Below, piece after piece: positions 13,100-25,137 of a DNA stretch of 64,000 nucleotides. Position 1 is the first letter of the stretch. Every line of letters begins with the position of its first letter. The translations under genes and the position numbers were made by a program. The stretch is from Eledone cirrhosa. Lineage: Eukaryota. The stretch lies in the NCBI GenBank assembly GCA_964016885.1, contig OZ024743.1, positions 39,432,001 through 39,496,000 on the forward strand. Direction: 5' to 3'. A model generated the notes under the pieces. The model ran no database searches and had not been told where the DNA came from. It saw only the letters and a program-made list of their open reading frames with translations.

Positions 13100-13190
13100 C
13101 ATGATGATGGTGAGGATGTTGATGTTCAGCATCATGCTGATGATGGTGATGATGTTGATGTTCAGGATCATGCTGATGATGTTGATCTTG
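13100..13190. repeat. 36-bp tandem repeat of GAT-rich sequence, about 2.5 copies
   Basis: GATGATGGTGA(G/T)GATGTTGATGTTCAG(C/G)ATCATGCT repeated. Confidence 0.75.
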
Positions 13191-13476
13191 TTGACAATAC
13201 TAATTTATTTAATTACATAATTCAATGGCTTTCAAGGGGATTGGATTTATTTCAAATATATTGGGATCTAAAATAATGTCGGGTAGAAACCACCATCTTA
13301 ACACATACAACTCATATATTTACGCACACTCAAAGAATTGCGTACACACATACATGTATGAAAACAAACATATGCAAACCCTTATATACGAACATATTAA
13401 ACATACGGTCATGCATATAATTAACTACACAAAAATAAAATGTTACAACGATTGTAAAATAACCACACACATACAT

Positions 13477-13563
<87 letters not shown>

Positions 13564-14132
13564 AATAAAACAAACGTATAAAGTTATAAAATTGTCGCTT
13601 ATATAAATTTAATCAGAATCATATTTTCAATCAAATTCATTACAATCAAAATATTAGTATTGTTTATTTCGAATATTTATCGATAATAGATCGAATTTGT
13701 TAATTATTCTTTTAAAATATCTGTTGATTGCAAACGTGTCATGTGATATTCAAGCAAAAATAAATAAATGAAATGATAAATAAATAAATTGAATCCATAA
13801 TAATTAAACAAATATTTTCCATTTTTGTAGTATATTTGTTTATATAGAAGGCTCTTAACTGTGAACTTGCATATTACATTCCGGAATGTATTTATAAATA
13901 GATATTCTTTTTTATATGAAATTTCAAATTAGATTTAATCTAATAGAGATTCGTTGTTAAATTATTTCATTTTTGTCTGTTACAATTCTGTTTATCACTT
14001 CATAACTATATAATATATTTTACGCCATTATCCGGATTTTGTATTGTTAGATATTAAATCATTCCAAACAATGGTACGAATCAAAACATTGACAATCGAG
14101 TGTTAAACGTTTGTTTTGCGCAGTTCTACTGC

Positions 14133-14135
<3 letters not shown>

Positions 14136-14198
<63 letters not shown>

Positions 14199-14253
14199 GA
14201 GAGAGAGAGAGAGAGAGTGAGAGAGAGAGATAGAGAGAGAGAGAGAGTAAGAG

Positions 14254-14294
<41 letters not shown>
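14136..14294. repeat. (GA)n microsatellite
   Basis: Direct reading. Confidence 0.99.
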
Positions 14295-14295
<1 letters not shown>

Positions 14296-14646
14296 GGTGT
14301 ACTTCAATTTCATTTTAGTGTTTCTGTTTAGCTTGAATAGAGTCTGAAATCAGATATATTTTCTCAATCGCGCCACCTGAGGACGACATCACACAGAAAA
14401 ATCATTGAATCACAAAAACCATATGATAAGTAAATATACAATGATATCGGTAGATTACAATTGACAATAATACAGGACTTACAAGACCGCATTAGAAAGG
14501 GAGCTTTATTCAAAATCTAGCGGAATTAAAGGAGAGCGTTTAAGTAACATATTATTATTTGTTTTATACAAAATGGAAACCAACATAATATTATACCATA
14601 ATATATATATATATGTATATATATTTATATATATATGTATATATAT

Positions 14647-14749
<103 letters not shown>

Positions 14750-14895
14750 TGTGTGTGTGCGTGTGTGTGTGTGTGTGTGTCTCTGTGGGGAGGGGTGCGT
14801 GTGTGAAGTATTTCCGTCAGAAAGGTACAGGAAAAAAGAGTGCTCTATGTAGACTACAGAGCTTATTAGTTATGTAATAAACAACATAAGATAAT

Positions 14896-14960
14896 TATTT
14901 CATTTACCACTGTTTTCCTGAAGACAGATGTTGTGTCTGTCTTCAGTCGTCAGAATCAAT
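14896..14960 (-). ncRNA. type I hammerhead ribozyme (left arm of an inverted pair)
   Basis: TGATT-CTGACGA-CTGAAGACAGA-cacaaca-TCTGTCTTCAG-GAAA-ACAGTGG-TA^AATGAA. Confidence 0.75.
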
Positions 14961-15129
14961 AAAAAAACATGGTGTATTTTATTTCACTTTTACTCCCTTT
15001 TTGTGCTTACTTACAACTAGCTTTTAAGTGAACTAACATAAGGTTATATCTGGGCGCATATGCAGACAGGCTTATGTGTACTTATATATGTACGTGTTTT
15101 TACATTTATATGTATGTGTGTGTGTATGC

Positions 15130-15189
<60 letters not shown>

Positions 15190-15570
15190 GAATAATAGTA
15201 CAGCATTGACGAAGCTTTAGAATACGGCCAAGCAAGCGTATATGCATAATCAGTCTGTAGCTTGAGCACTCAGATGAGGAAAGACCCCAGAGTAATAACA
15301 TATAATAACATATATATATATATATATATAATAACATATATATATATATATACTTTATATATATGTGTGTTTGTATGTATATATATATATACACATACAA
15401 TATAGAAACTCGAGTCCGGGAACCTTATAGGCCCCCCCCTTTTACGTGTGTTGTGTTAAGGCAAATAACTATGTGTATACTCTGGTAATGTATCTTACAT
15501 TGACCATTGAGTGCGCTGAGATACAAGAGGTACTGGCATTGATAAATATGCTGGGTCCGTCAACCCTTAT

Positions 15571-15602
<32 letters not shown>

Positions 15603-15610
15603 AACACATA

Positions 15611-15770
15611 TATATAGTTTATCATAAATCATTCGTTGCACATCTGCAACATCGTCAGTGGTGTTATATTTTCCTCCTGTTGTATTGTATGTCTACGCCA
15701 ACAGGAGGAAAATATAACACCACTGACGATGTTGCAGATGTGCAACGAAAGATTTATGATAAACTATATA
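15611..15770. repeat. fold-back palindrome, 72-bp arms, 16-nt loop, hammerhead motif in each arm
   Basis: 15611-15682 is the reverse complement of 15699-15770 (one mismatch). The right arm reads CA-CTGACGA-T-GTTGCA-gatg-TGCAAC-GAAA-GATT-TA-TG. Confidence 0.93.
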
Positions 15771-16074
15771 CATATATATATTTGTTTATATGTATTTGTA
15801 TAAATGTATGCATGTGTTTGTATATATGTCGTTGTGTATTTATGTATATATATGTATATATGTGTGTATGGATTTACGTCTATGTTTATGTGTATGCGTG
15901 TGTTGATTTCTTATTGCGTACCTGTGTGATCAGGCGTATATGTACGTATGTACGTGGGTTATGTATCTTTGAGATTCAATTATCTATTCTATTGTATTTT
16001 TTTATGTGTATGCATGTGGGTGTGTGTGTATATGTATATATGTATGTATGTGTGTTTATATATATGTGTGTATA

Positions 16075-16118
<44 letters not shown>

Positions 16119-16129
16119 ATATTAAGGTG

Positions 16130-16870
16130 CATTATTGGTTGTGTAAAAAGGTCCAATAAAATTATGTTAGCAATATTAAGTCTCCACGCTTTTGTATATC
16201 TCCAATTCCATTCAAGGGAACAGCTAGATGATGTAAAACGGAGTATAAATATCAAAATGAAAATCCGAAGGCAAGGTAAAATTCCAATCATTTAATCACG
16301 ACACATGTTTCAATAAGAGATAGATCGATTATCACTGATCTCATCAGGTGAAAATGAATTGTTTCAAATTCTTGATATGAGGGAGGAAAAATAACGATGT
16401 TCTCTCACAGAATTCATTGCCACATATGGAGACACCCCAGTCAGAAACACGGCAAGTGCTATGAGCTTCAGTTGAGGTCATACAAGTTTTCAGATTTCTA
16501 TCGCTGCAAAACACGCTTGACATCAATCAAATCTGTAGGGATACAGTGAGTCACAGTTAAAGCGAGTGGGTAAACACACTCCACACCCAGATACATCGGC
16601 TCGAGGTCAAAGAAAAATATATACATATAAATACACACATTAACACAGTATTAAACATGTAGAGTTAGTGTGGGTGGGTACACACACACTTTCACACACA
16701 CCGAAGCGATGTCCGAGAAAACAAATATAAGAAGACAAATATAATAAAACAAATATAAGAATGTACCAACACAGCACTCACCGAAAGTTAGTTCACAAAG
16801 CAACAGAAGCTATGTTGGTCAAATCTCAATTTTACGATATAAATTGGAAATATTGGGTTAACCAACGCTC

Positions 16871-16901
<31 letters not shown>

Positions 16902-17880
16902 ACCCACACACACACACACACATACACACACACGCACACACAGACACACACACGCAAGTAAGTTCAGTTCATTTTTCTGCTATACGTGTATAGATCGAAT
17001 TTTAACATCCATATCTTCAAGTGTGTTATGGTATATACACATCCGAGTCGTCCCAAAACGGGGTATGTCCGGGTATATACACAGCCATGTGAAGAGCAAG
17101 CAATCAGCTCATGTCGAACTCCTTGTGTACCGCTGTCCCATTGAGAATCCGTGTCACCAAATCCGTGCGTGCAAGCAACTGCAATGCGGGCCAGCAAAGG
17201 GCTCCGTGTAAGGTTGGGTATTGGGTAAATGCGTCCGCAAGTGCGATGTCCCGTCATATGGGCCAATGAGCTTTTAAGATAGTTGTTTGAGTGGTGGAGG
17301 TGTGTTATCTAACACAGAAGGTGAAGTAAGAAAACAAAGGACAGTTAAATCCAAAGGATGTGTGTAGGCCCATTAATGGTGTGTCAGTATTATTGTTTAA
17401 TCCGTAACAGTGAGTCCTCCATGGTTACATGTCACGCATCAAAACCTGGTGTAGTGTTTAGTCGGTAGGAACGTGACAGTCGTAATTGTGGGTGCTCAAT
17501 GTCTAAAGGGAGCGGGTGCTGTGTGTAGACATATGTATAGGTAGCGTAATCGGTCCTAACAAAGTGTGTAATCAATCTAACTATTTACTAGCTAGGTTTT
17601 CTGAAAGAGAGCACTCAGCTGTGAGAACTCCTTGGAAACAGGCCGAGTATCGTTTGTAAGTGCGCAAACAATATTAGCCGTCTAACTACCTAAGTGCGTG
17701 ACTGTCCGTTTATTGAGAGAACTCTACGGCTAAAGTAGAGAGGGAGGAGTTATTGGTAAGTTACCTTCCAAAAATCCTGCGGAAGGTTTTCGAGGTTCTA
17801 TGTTGGGAGTTGCTGAAAACATCTGCTATCCTTTACACCTATCGTTGTTAACCTATCCGCCTTTTTTTACTTTATTCTGA
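16130..17880 (-). mobile_element. decayed Penelope-like element
   Basis: Minus-strand scraps TILKAHWPI*RDIALADAF and IACSSHGCVY resemble the PLE RT-to-GIY-YIG linker; a hammerhead lies downstream at 16296-16351. Confidence 0.5.
16296..16351 (-). ncRNA. type I hammerhead ribozyme
   Basis: TCAC-CTGATGA-[imperfect stem II]-GAAA-CATGTG-TC^GTGA. Confidence 0.72.
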
Positions 17881-17898
17881 TTTTGATTTTGCTTTGTA

Positions 17899-17950
<52 letters not shown>

Positions 17951-17970
17951 TATATATATATATATATATG

Positions 17971-18017
<47 letters not shown>

Positions 18018-18401
18018 TTTTGTGGTTCTTTTTTGTATTTATTTAGTCATTCCTGCTTCCTAACTAAGCTCGTATCTGTGTATACATTTTTGTGTGCATA
18101 TATATGTATGTGTTTGTATTTATGTATATGTCTGTGTATATATATGTGTATGTATTTATGTTCCTGTCCGTATTTCTAAGTAGAAGCAAAAACGCTTATG
18201 TGAGAAAGTGTACGTTTACGTACTTTTTAGTATATGCGCGTAGTTGAGTGTGTGTATGTTTACGTTCTGGTTATATATATTTATATATATATATATATAT
18301 TTGCTTTCCCGTATTTCCTTTTCGCCCGTTCTTTCAGCCTCACATTCATATTTCCTAAATTTAGTTTTCAAATCCATATTTAATAAATACACCATGTTTT
18401 T

Positions 18402-18467
18402 TATTCATCCTGACGATTGAAGACAGACACAACATCTGTCTTCAAGAAACCACTGGTAAATGAAATA
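18402..18467 (+). ncRNA. type I hammerhead ribozyme (right arm of an inverted pair)
   Basis: TTCATC-CTGACGA-TTGAAGACAGA-cacaaca-TCTGTCTTCAA-GAAA-CCACTGG-TA^AATGAA. Confidence 0.8.
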
Positions 18468-18490
18468 ATTAAATCATGTTGTTTATTACA

Positions 18491-18608
<118 letters not shown>

Positions 18609-18627
18609 TATATATTTATATATATAT

Positions 18628-18680
18628 AAAAGAGTCTGGCCCACGACGCCTGTGCTATTGCCGTTTCAACAGCTAATTTC
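18628..18680 (-). mobile_element. PLE pLTR fragment: 3' half of a hammerhead running into (TA)n
   Basis: TAGCTGTT-GAAACGGC..GGCGTC-GTGG..GACTCTTTT matches 49510-49560 and 53369-53417. Confidence 0.6.
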
Positions 18681-18740
18681 AGAGTCTGGAATCATTACCA
18701 CCTTCAGCACCACCATCATTATTAATCCTATTATCACCAT

Positions 18741-18931
18741 GGTGGTGGATTAGCAGTATCGGTAGAGGGTCGACGCCATGCTTTGCAGCGCAGTTACGTC
18801 ACTTTACGGACTAAGTTCAAATCACGCCGAGGTTAACTTTGCCTTTCATCCTTACAGGTCGATAAAATAAACTACCAGTAATGTGCTGGGTAATTGCTGG
18901 CCTTGTGCCAAATGTAGAAACAATTATTATT
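18741..18931 (+). mobile_element. tRNA-SINE, main family
   Basis: Head, B-box, core and ATT tail. Confidence 0.88.
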
Positions 18932-19089
18932 GCTGTTGTTGCTATTCGCTATATGTTTGTTGTTATTTAGTTGTTATGTGTTTATTTAGTTTAGATAGAA
19001 AAGAGTTTGTCTACTTTTTTTACTTTCTGTGTTGCTGCCAATGTTGCTGTCCGCAGCTATTGTTGACTGATTTCCAATGGTGAGTCATT

Positions 19090-19830
19090 GAAAGGGGGAG
19101 ACTGAGTGCTTGCATCTAGAATGTTGTCAGTTGCATACACTTCTTTGGCATTCGGGCAATACTGCCATTAGAAATCAAATTATTGCATTCTATTGAGTAA
19201 TAGTGCGGGGAAAGAGCGACAACGCTATCTGATAACTTATGGATGTCAATGAATTGAAACTAACTAATCTGATCAGCCGGGTACGATAGACAATTTCCAA
19301 AAGTACCTAATTTGAAAGTGCTTACGGGAGGCATTGCCTGCTTGATATAACCACTACAGGCACATGAATCGCTATCAGATGGACCTTTCCAAACTGTTCT
19401 GCACGCACTCGTCCAGTGTCGGTGCATTACTGATGTAGTGTTTCCTGAAGATTATATCATCGTGTGTATGATGCATTCTCCCATCTACCGATTCCATCGG
19501 CAGTTCGCAGCGCCTCCTACGTGTAGGCAGTTTCCTACTTCTTGTGGGTATGGCTGAATGGATAACATTCACTTCGACAGACTCTCATCCAACTTTTTCA
19601 ATTACCGCTTCGAAAGTTATGTGAGAGTGGTGAGGTAGATACTACAAACCCCAGTAAGTGTGTTGATTCATAGGTGAATGTAACAAGAATGATCTGTGTG
19701 ATGGGCTTATTACGTGCATATGCCTATAAGCTGGAGTGTTTAAAAAGGAAAAGGCATATTCGCGTGGGAGATTAGGAACGTTTAGGATCTGTGAGGTTCC
19801 TAATTTAACCCTGGGTTTCCCCCACTCAAT
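19090..19830 (-). mobile_element. decayed CR1-like LINE 3' fragment
   Basis: RKLPTRRRRCELPMESVDGR resembles LPYEERLxELxLxSLExRR, followed by IHKLSDSVV resembling WNxLPxxVV. Confidence 0.5.
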
Positions 19831-19958
19831 TAGAGAATTGTATTGATATCAAATTGCTGCTATTTGTTAACCGTTCATTTTTACACGCTTTATGTAAATC
19901 CTCACTGTTCCTGGTTTTGTATTGACCTTTATGTTTCGGCTCAGATAACCGATAAAAA

Positions 19959-20068
19959 ATGGTTTCTTAGAGAGGCCAGTAATTTGGGGGTAGGGGAAAG
20001 TCGATTAAATCGACCCCAGTGCGTAACTAGTACTTTATTTTATCGACACCGTAATGATGAAAGGCAAA
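19959..20068 (-). mobile_element. tRNA-SINE, 5'-truncated long variant
   Basis: Core plus GTCGATTTAATCGACTTTCCCC segment; abuts a TAA run. Confidence 0.8.
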
Positions 20069-20095
20069 TAAATAATAATGATTATTATCATTTTT

Positions 20096-20096
<1 letters not shown>

Positions 20097-20169
<73 letters not shown>

Positions 20170-20215
20170 GGTGGTGGTATTATTATTAGTAGTAGTAGTA
20201 GTAGTAGTAGTAGTA
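20097..20215. repeat. (TAG)n/(TGG)n compound microsatellite
   Basis: Direct reading. Confidence 0.98.
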
Positions 20216-20394
20216 TCATTTCGCGTTATGTGCAATGATTAGCGATTATCACATCAAAAGTTGATAAATAAAAAGTAAAAAAAAAAAATCAAAGAAAGAG
20301 ATTATATTAAACTCTAGGAGTAGGAGGAAATAAAAACAAGTATTAAGCAGTATGAAATATTTTGAAGGGTATTAAATATTAATTAAATTTTCTC

Positions 20395-22330
20395 TAAGAA
20401 TTAAACAGAAAATATTGTGTTGACATATATTCTGAAGACAGCAACTTTTCGAATTATGTCGGCGATACTTGCCAGAACTATCTTTTGGATTTCATGGATG
20501 TTATGTCCACAACGTATATTTTCTAGAAACTTTTGAACACCTTTTTTTTATGACACCTGCAGCTCCTATAACTGCCGGAATATTTTCTGTTTCGAGGTGC
20601 AACATTCTGTTTATATCAATTTTCGATATTTATATTTAACAAGTTTCTCACATTCCCTTACTAACACATTTCTATAGGAGATTACTATCATGCCAATGAG
20701 TAAGTAAATCTTGTTTTTATAAATATGTAATAATTATATCAGGGACGGTTGCAGTTGTACTGCGATTTGTGTGAATGGTAATATCTCAAAGATTGTTGAT
20801 TCTTCTGTCTCAGTTACTGTTTGTGAATTATGCTCATACTAGTTTTCTGCATGTTCTGGGTTGTACTTTTTGTATATTTCCATACTACCCTATTAGGTTT
20901 AATATTATATTCAGTTGGTGCTAGTGAGGGACATCCTGATATTATCTGGTCAATTGTTTTGAGCTGTACGTCGCACATCCTGCATTTGCGATCTGCTCAA
21001 TTTCTGAGAATATTTGCCTGATAATTCCTAGTAATGTGTCTCTGGTCATGGAGCGCAAAAGCAAAGCCTCTGTTTTAGGTTTTAATCCCGAATTCCATTA
21101 ACCACTGATGGCTTTGTGCTCGATCTACCTCAGTTAGAAAGGTTTTGTTTTGTTTGTAGAACTTGCCTCTCTTATCCTATCCGTGCTTTGATGTGGACAC
21201 GTTGTTTCAGAGTCTCTTTAGAGCACAATAGTTTCTCCTTATTTCTGATCTTATACTTTCTTTAAGCTTTTCTTGTTTTTTTTTCTGCTTTTACATTCAT
21301 ACCTCTGATTAGTTCTTCCATCATTGACAATTCACCTCTCAGGTTATCAACTTATTTTCCTTTCCACTTAGGTTGCATATGAACATGCTTGCTTGTCATT
21401 TTCTTAATTTTAAGAGCAATTTGGAAGCTTATAAATTTAGCTATAGAGTATATAATGTTGTTAAGAGAGATCAAACCATTTTCCCCTTGTGCAAAATCCG
21501 CTTCAGTGCAGTATTGTAAATGTTAATCTTATGATTATTCATTTTATTCTTCTGGAACTTGAATGATTTTTCTCCGTTTTTCACTTCGGTGCATAAGGAT
21601 TTACTTATTTCTCTGACAATGCCGACTTTAGCTTCTGCAATATCTTGTGCATTACCTTCCAGAATCCTTTTATTGTTTTCATTTTCCTCAGCAGCTGGTT
21701 CCCTGAGTTGTTCTTCATCAATATTTCTATTCTAATCTATTTCGCCCATCTTCTCCTTGACTACATCCGATATGTTATGAATTCGTACTGTCTCAGTCCT
21801 GATATTATTAGGCTGTATTGGTATTTCTGGTTCTCTGTTATTATGTTGTCTGCTTATCTGTTTCTAATTATATAATGTTAATGTGTTTTCTTTTACAATC
21901 TATCTACTTGCGTTAGCTAATCTATTGACATCTATGTACGGGTGGATGCTTTCGCCTACCAGTTTTCTCAATCCAGTGTTCGCTTGTTTTCTGATTTCAA
22001 ATGATGTTTTTTAATGTGTGTACTATTGGTTCAAGGTTGAGGATTTCCCGGGTCTAGTGACCAGCTGAACTGGGGATTTTGCTCCAGTTGTCAACTAGCG
22101 ATCAAAGCCTGTACATCACTGGCAGACGCGTTCCCTTGGAACGCACGTGATGGGCGATTCCGTATAATTTAGGGTGTTTAGATATTTTTCACTTATAAAT
22201 TTCGTTTTATCCATTCTGGTAAGTTTGCTTAAAGAAGCTTAGGGTGGCATATCTGCCCTCGTTGAGGTGAGTTTACCTGCGCAGCCCACCATCCCAGTAT
22301 TCCGAAACCCCGGAGCGTTCAAACTAAAAA
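20395..22330 (-). mobile_element. old, internally deleted R4/Dong-like element
   Basis: Minus strand near 20900-21070 reads ALHDQ..DRKCRMCDVQLKTIDQIISGCPSLAPTEY (decayed CCHC before the RLE); many stops. Confidence 0.7.
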
Positions 22331-22412
22331 GTAAATAAATAAACACACTGGGTAAAGGTTGAAAGCCTAATGCAAGTCACTAAACTTAAGTGATTATTAT
22401 TATCATTATCAA

Positions 22413-22760
22413 TTTACGGCCTTTTACGTTCTGAGTTCAAATCCCGGTAAGGTTAGCTTTGCATTTCCTTCTTACGGGGTCGATAACATGCAGTACTACT
22501 TATGAATTGGTGTGGATCTAATCTAATTTCCTGTTCCCCCAAATTGCTGATCTTTTGCCTATAATATAAATACTTATTATTTTTTATAGATTTACGGCTC
22601 TTTCCTTTCTGAGTTCAAATACCGCCGGGGTTAGCTTTATCTTTCCTCCTTACGGGGTCGATAAAATAAAGTACCAGTAACGCCCTGGTTTCAATATAAT
22701 CGACTTTCTCTCCCACCCAAAATAATTGCTCGCCTTATCCCTAAATCAGTAACAATTATC
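22413..22760 (+). mobile_element. two tandem 5'-truncated tRNA-SINEs
   Basis: Two B-box/core units starting near 22413 and 22590, each preceded by ATT-rich sequence. Confidence 0.85.
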
Positions 22761-22875
22761 ATCGTCATCAATAAATAAAGAAGTAATTATCATGTACATG
22801 TTTTCCGTGAAGTTTGCTTTCGTTGTCCTGTTGATAGAGGCTGTTGAGTTGTGGCTGTAGTTATTGTTACTCGAT

Positions 22876-23047
22876 TAATAATTGTTTCTACTTTTGGCAC
22901 AAGGCCAGTAATTATTCCAGTGCATTACTGGTACTTTATTTCATCGACCCCGGAAGGATGAACGGCGGGATTTGAACTCAGAACTTATAGGACCGTCACT
23001 ATGTTGCAAAGCATGGTGTCCGACGCTCTACCGATTCTGCCAATCCA
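22876..23047 (-). mobile_element. tRNA-SINE
   Basis: Reverse complement of the main family. Confidence 0.85.
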
Positions 23048-23383
23048 TAATATACATAATGTGCTTTTTCGAATGCGTCTGTAGTAGCGGTGATGGCGAG
23101 GTGGCAACGATGGTGGAGATGGAATAGTGGTAGTGATGGTGACGGGGATATGCTGGCGGCACGGCGATGATAGTTTAATGGTGGTGGCGGTGACGAAGTA
23201 GTGTTGGTGGTTATAATGATGTAGGGCAGCTGTGGTGATGGAATTGTTGTTTGTGTTGCTGCTGTTTATGTATATGTGTTAGTTTCGGCTATATTTTGTA
23301 GCTACTACAGAGATATGTTGTTGTTGTAATTTTGGGGGGCTGTAACGTGTTGTGTTTCTTGTTATCTGTGTTATATCTTACTA

Positions 23384-24464
23384 CTAGCAGTAAAGCCCGG
23401 CGTTGCTCGGGGTCGCTCAGTAGCTGTGTTAAAGTTACAATGTTAAGTTTCTTTTTTGGCTTAAAAACTGTAGTGTCTACTGTGCAGACTTGCATGTGGT
23501 GTTTTTGATTAATATTCCCTCAACCAACAATATGCCTTATGAAGTTAAGAAAACATAACGATAACCCGAATGTTATAACAAAAGAGGATGCTGGGGATAA
23601 AAACTGCACTGGTTATTTATTAACAAAGATCGAAAATGTAAACACTGCAACGCAGAGAAAAACATTAGCGTTACCAAATTATCAGTTATGTCTGTCTGCA
23701 CGCCTATATCACCTCTCTGCACGACTGTCTGTCTGCACGCCTATATCACCTCTCTGCACGACTGTCTGTCTGCACGCCTATATCAACTCTCTGCACGACT
23801 GTCTGTCTGCACGCCTATATCACCTCTCTGCACGACTGTCTGTCTGCACGCCTATATCACCTCTCTGCACGACTGTCTGTCTGCACGCCTATATCACCTC
23901 TCTGCACGACTGTCTGTCTGCACGCCTATATCAACTCTCTGCACGACTGTCTGTCTGCACGCCTATATCACCTCTCTGCACGACTGTCTGTCTGCACGCC
24001 TATATCACCTCTCTGCACGACTGTCTGTCTGCACGCCTAACGAAATTTACAGATACATATATTTTAAATAAACTTATATAATTTTTGCTTTTTTTTACGA
24101 AATATTTGCTTGTTTTACGTAGTCTTTAAATAGACTTGTTTTCAAGTAAAAATATTGTGTTAAAAGGCTTTTAAATGGAAATGAAGCAAAACGGAAGAAA
24201 ATGTAAAGAGAACGTAAGACGCTACGCTGAATGTAAACAGAACAAAGGGAAATAACTGATCACTTACGCTCAAAATTCCATACATTATATTCGATTTCGT
24301 CAAATAGGGTGGGTCAATTTGAAATATTTTTTTTCCGATGTCTTCGCTAGGGATCAATGTACAAGTATAGCAATTTCGGTGCAATTCCATGAGAGATTCT
24401 AAGAGGAGATGTGTGCCAAAAATCGATAGACAGACAGACAACCACAGTTTTATATATATATAGA
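23384..24464 (-). mobile_element. non-autonomous Helitron
   Basis: The minus strand starts A^TCTATATATATAAAA and ends with hairpin CCCGAGCAACGCCGGG plus CTTTACTG-CTAG^T; A/T target and no TSD. Confidence 0.85.
23689..24038 (+). repeat. 37-bp minisatellite, about 9.5 copies, inside the Helitron
   Basis: Unit TGTCTGTCTGCACGCCTATATCA(C/A)CTCTCTGCACGAC, contiguous with no spacers. Confidence 0.97.
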
Positions 24465-24786
24465 TTTGAATTAAACATTTTGAGAAATATTGTGAGAAGA
24501 AAATATTATTTTAATGAGATTGGTTGCGGTAGTGGGAACATTGCCGTTATGTTTGCTGTTGTATTTAGTGGACGCGGAAGGGCTAGTGTGTTTACATTTG
24601 TAAACATTTTCTTTTTTGTTAACATAAAATTTGAATAAGAAATTAAATATTTGAACAATAGAGCCATATAAGATGGAATCTTGTGGGAAAGGGCTGGTGG
24701 CTTATGGGACATTTGCAAGTAGAATTATATTACAAGAAGTGTTTTAAATATGTTAAGTATACAGAAACATACGAGAGCGAATCCAT

Positions 24787-24966
24787 AATAATTGTTCTAC
24801 TTTTGGCACAAGGCCAGCAATTATCCAGTACATTGCTGGTACTTTATTTTATCGACCACGTAAGGATGAAAAGCCAAGTTAACCTCGGTGGGATTTGACA
24901 AGGGCCATAACTCTATGCGTCAAAGCAAGGCGTCCGACCCTCTAACGATACCGCCAATCCACCGCA
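24787..24966 (-). mobile_element. tRNA-SINE
   Basis: Reverse complement of the main family. Confidence 0.85.
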
Positions 24967-25013
24967 TCCATAATAATATATCCACCACCTGCTTCTTCTA
25001 CTTCTTCTTCTTC

Positions 25014-25057
<44 letters not shown>

Positions 25058-25137
25058 GTTATTCCTTGAATCTCAGTCATTGATGTTGGTTAACTGGAAA
25101 GTCCGTTGGATTGAATATCAAGCCACTACCTGCAGCC

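Noticed and set aside
23689-24038. CRISPR-like 37-bp repeat and the 180-aa ORF across it
   Set aside because: The repeats are contiguous with no spacers or cas genes, the context is eukaryotic, and the ORF is a by-product of the repeat.
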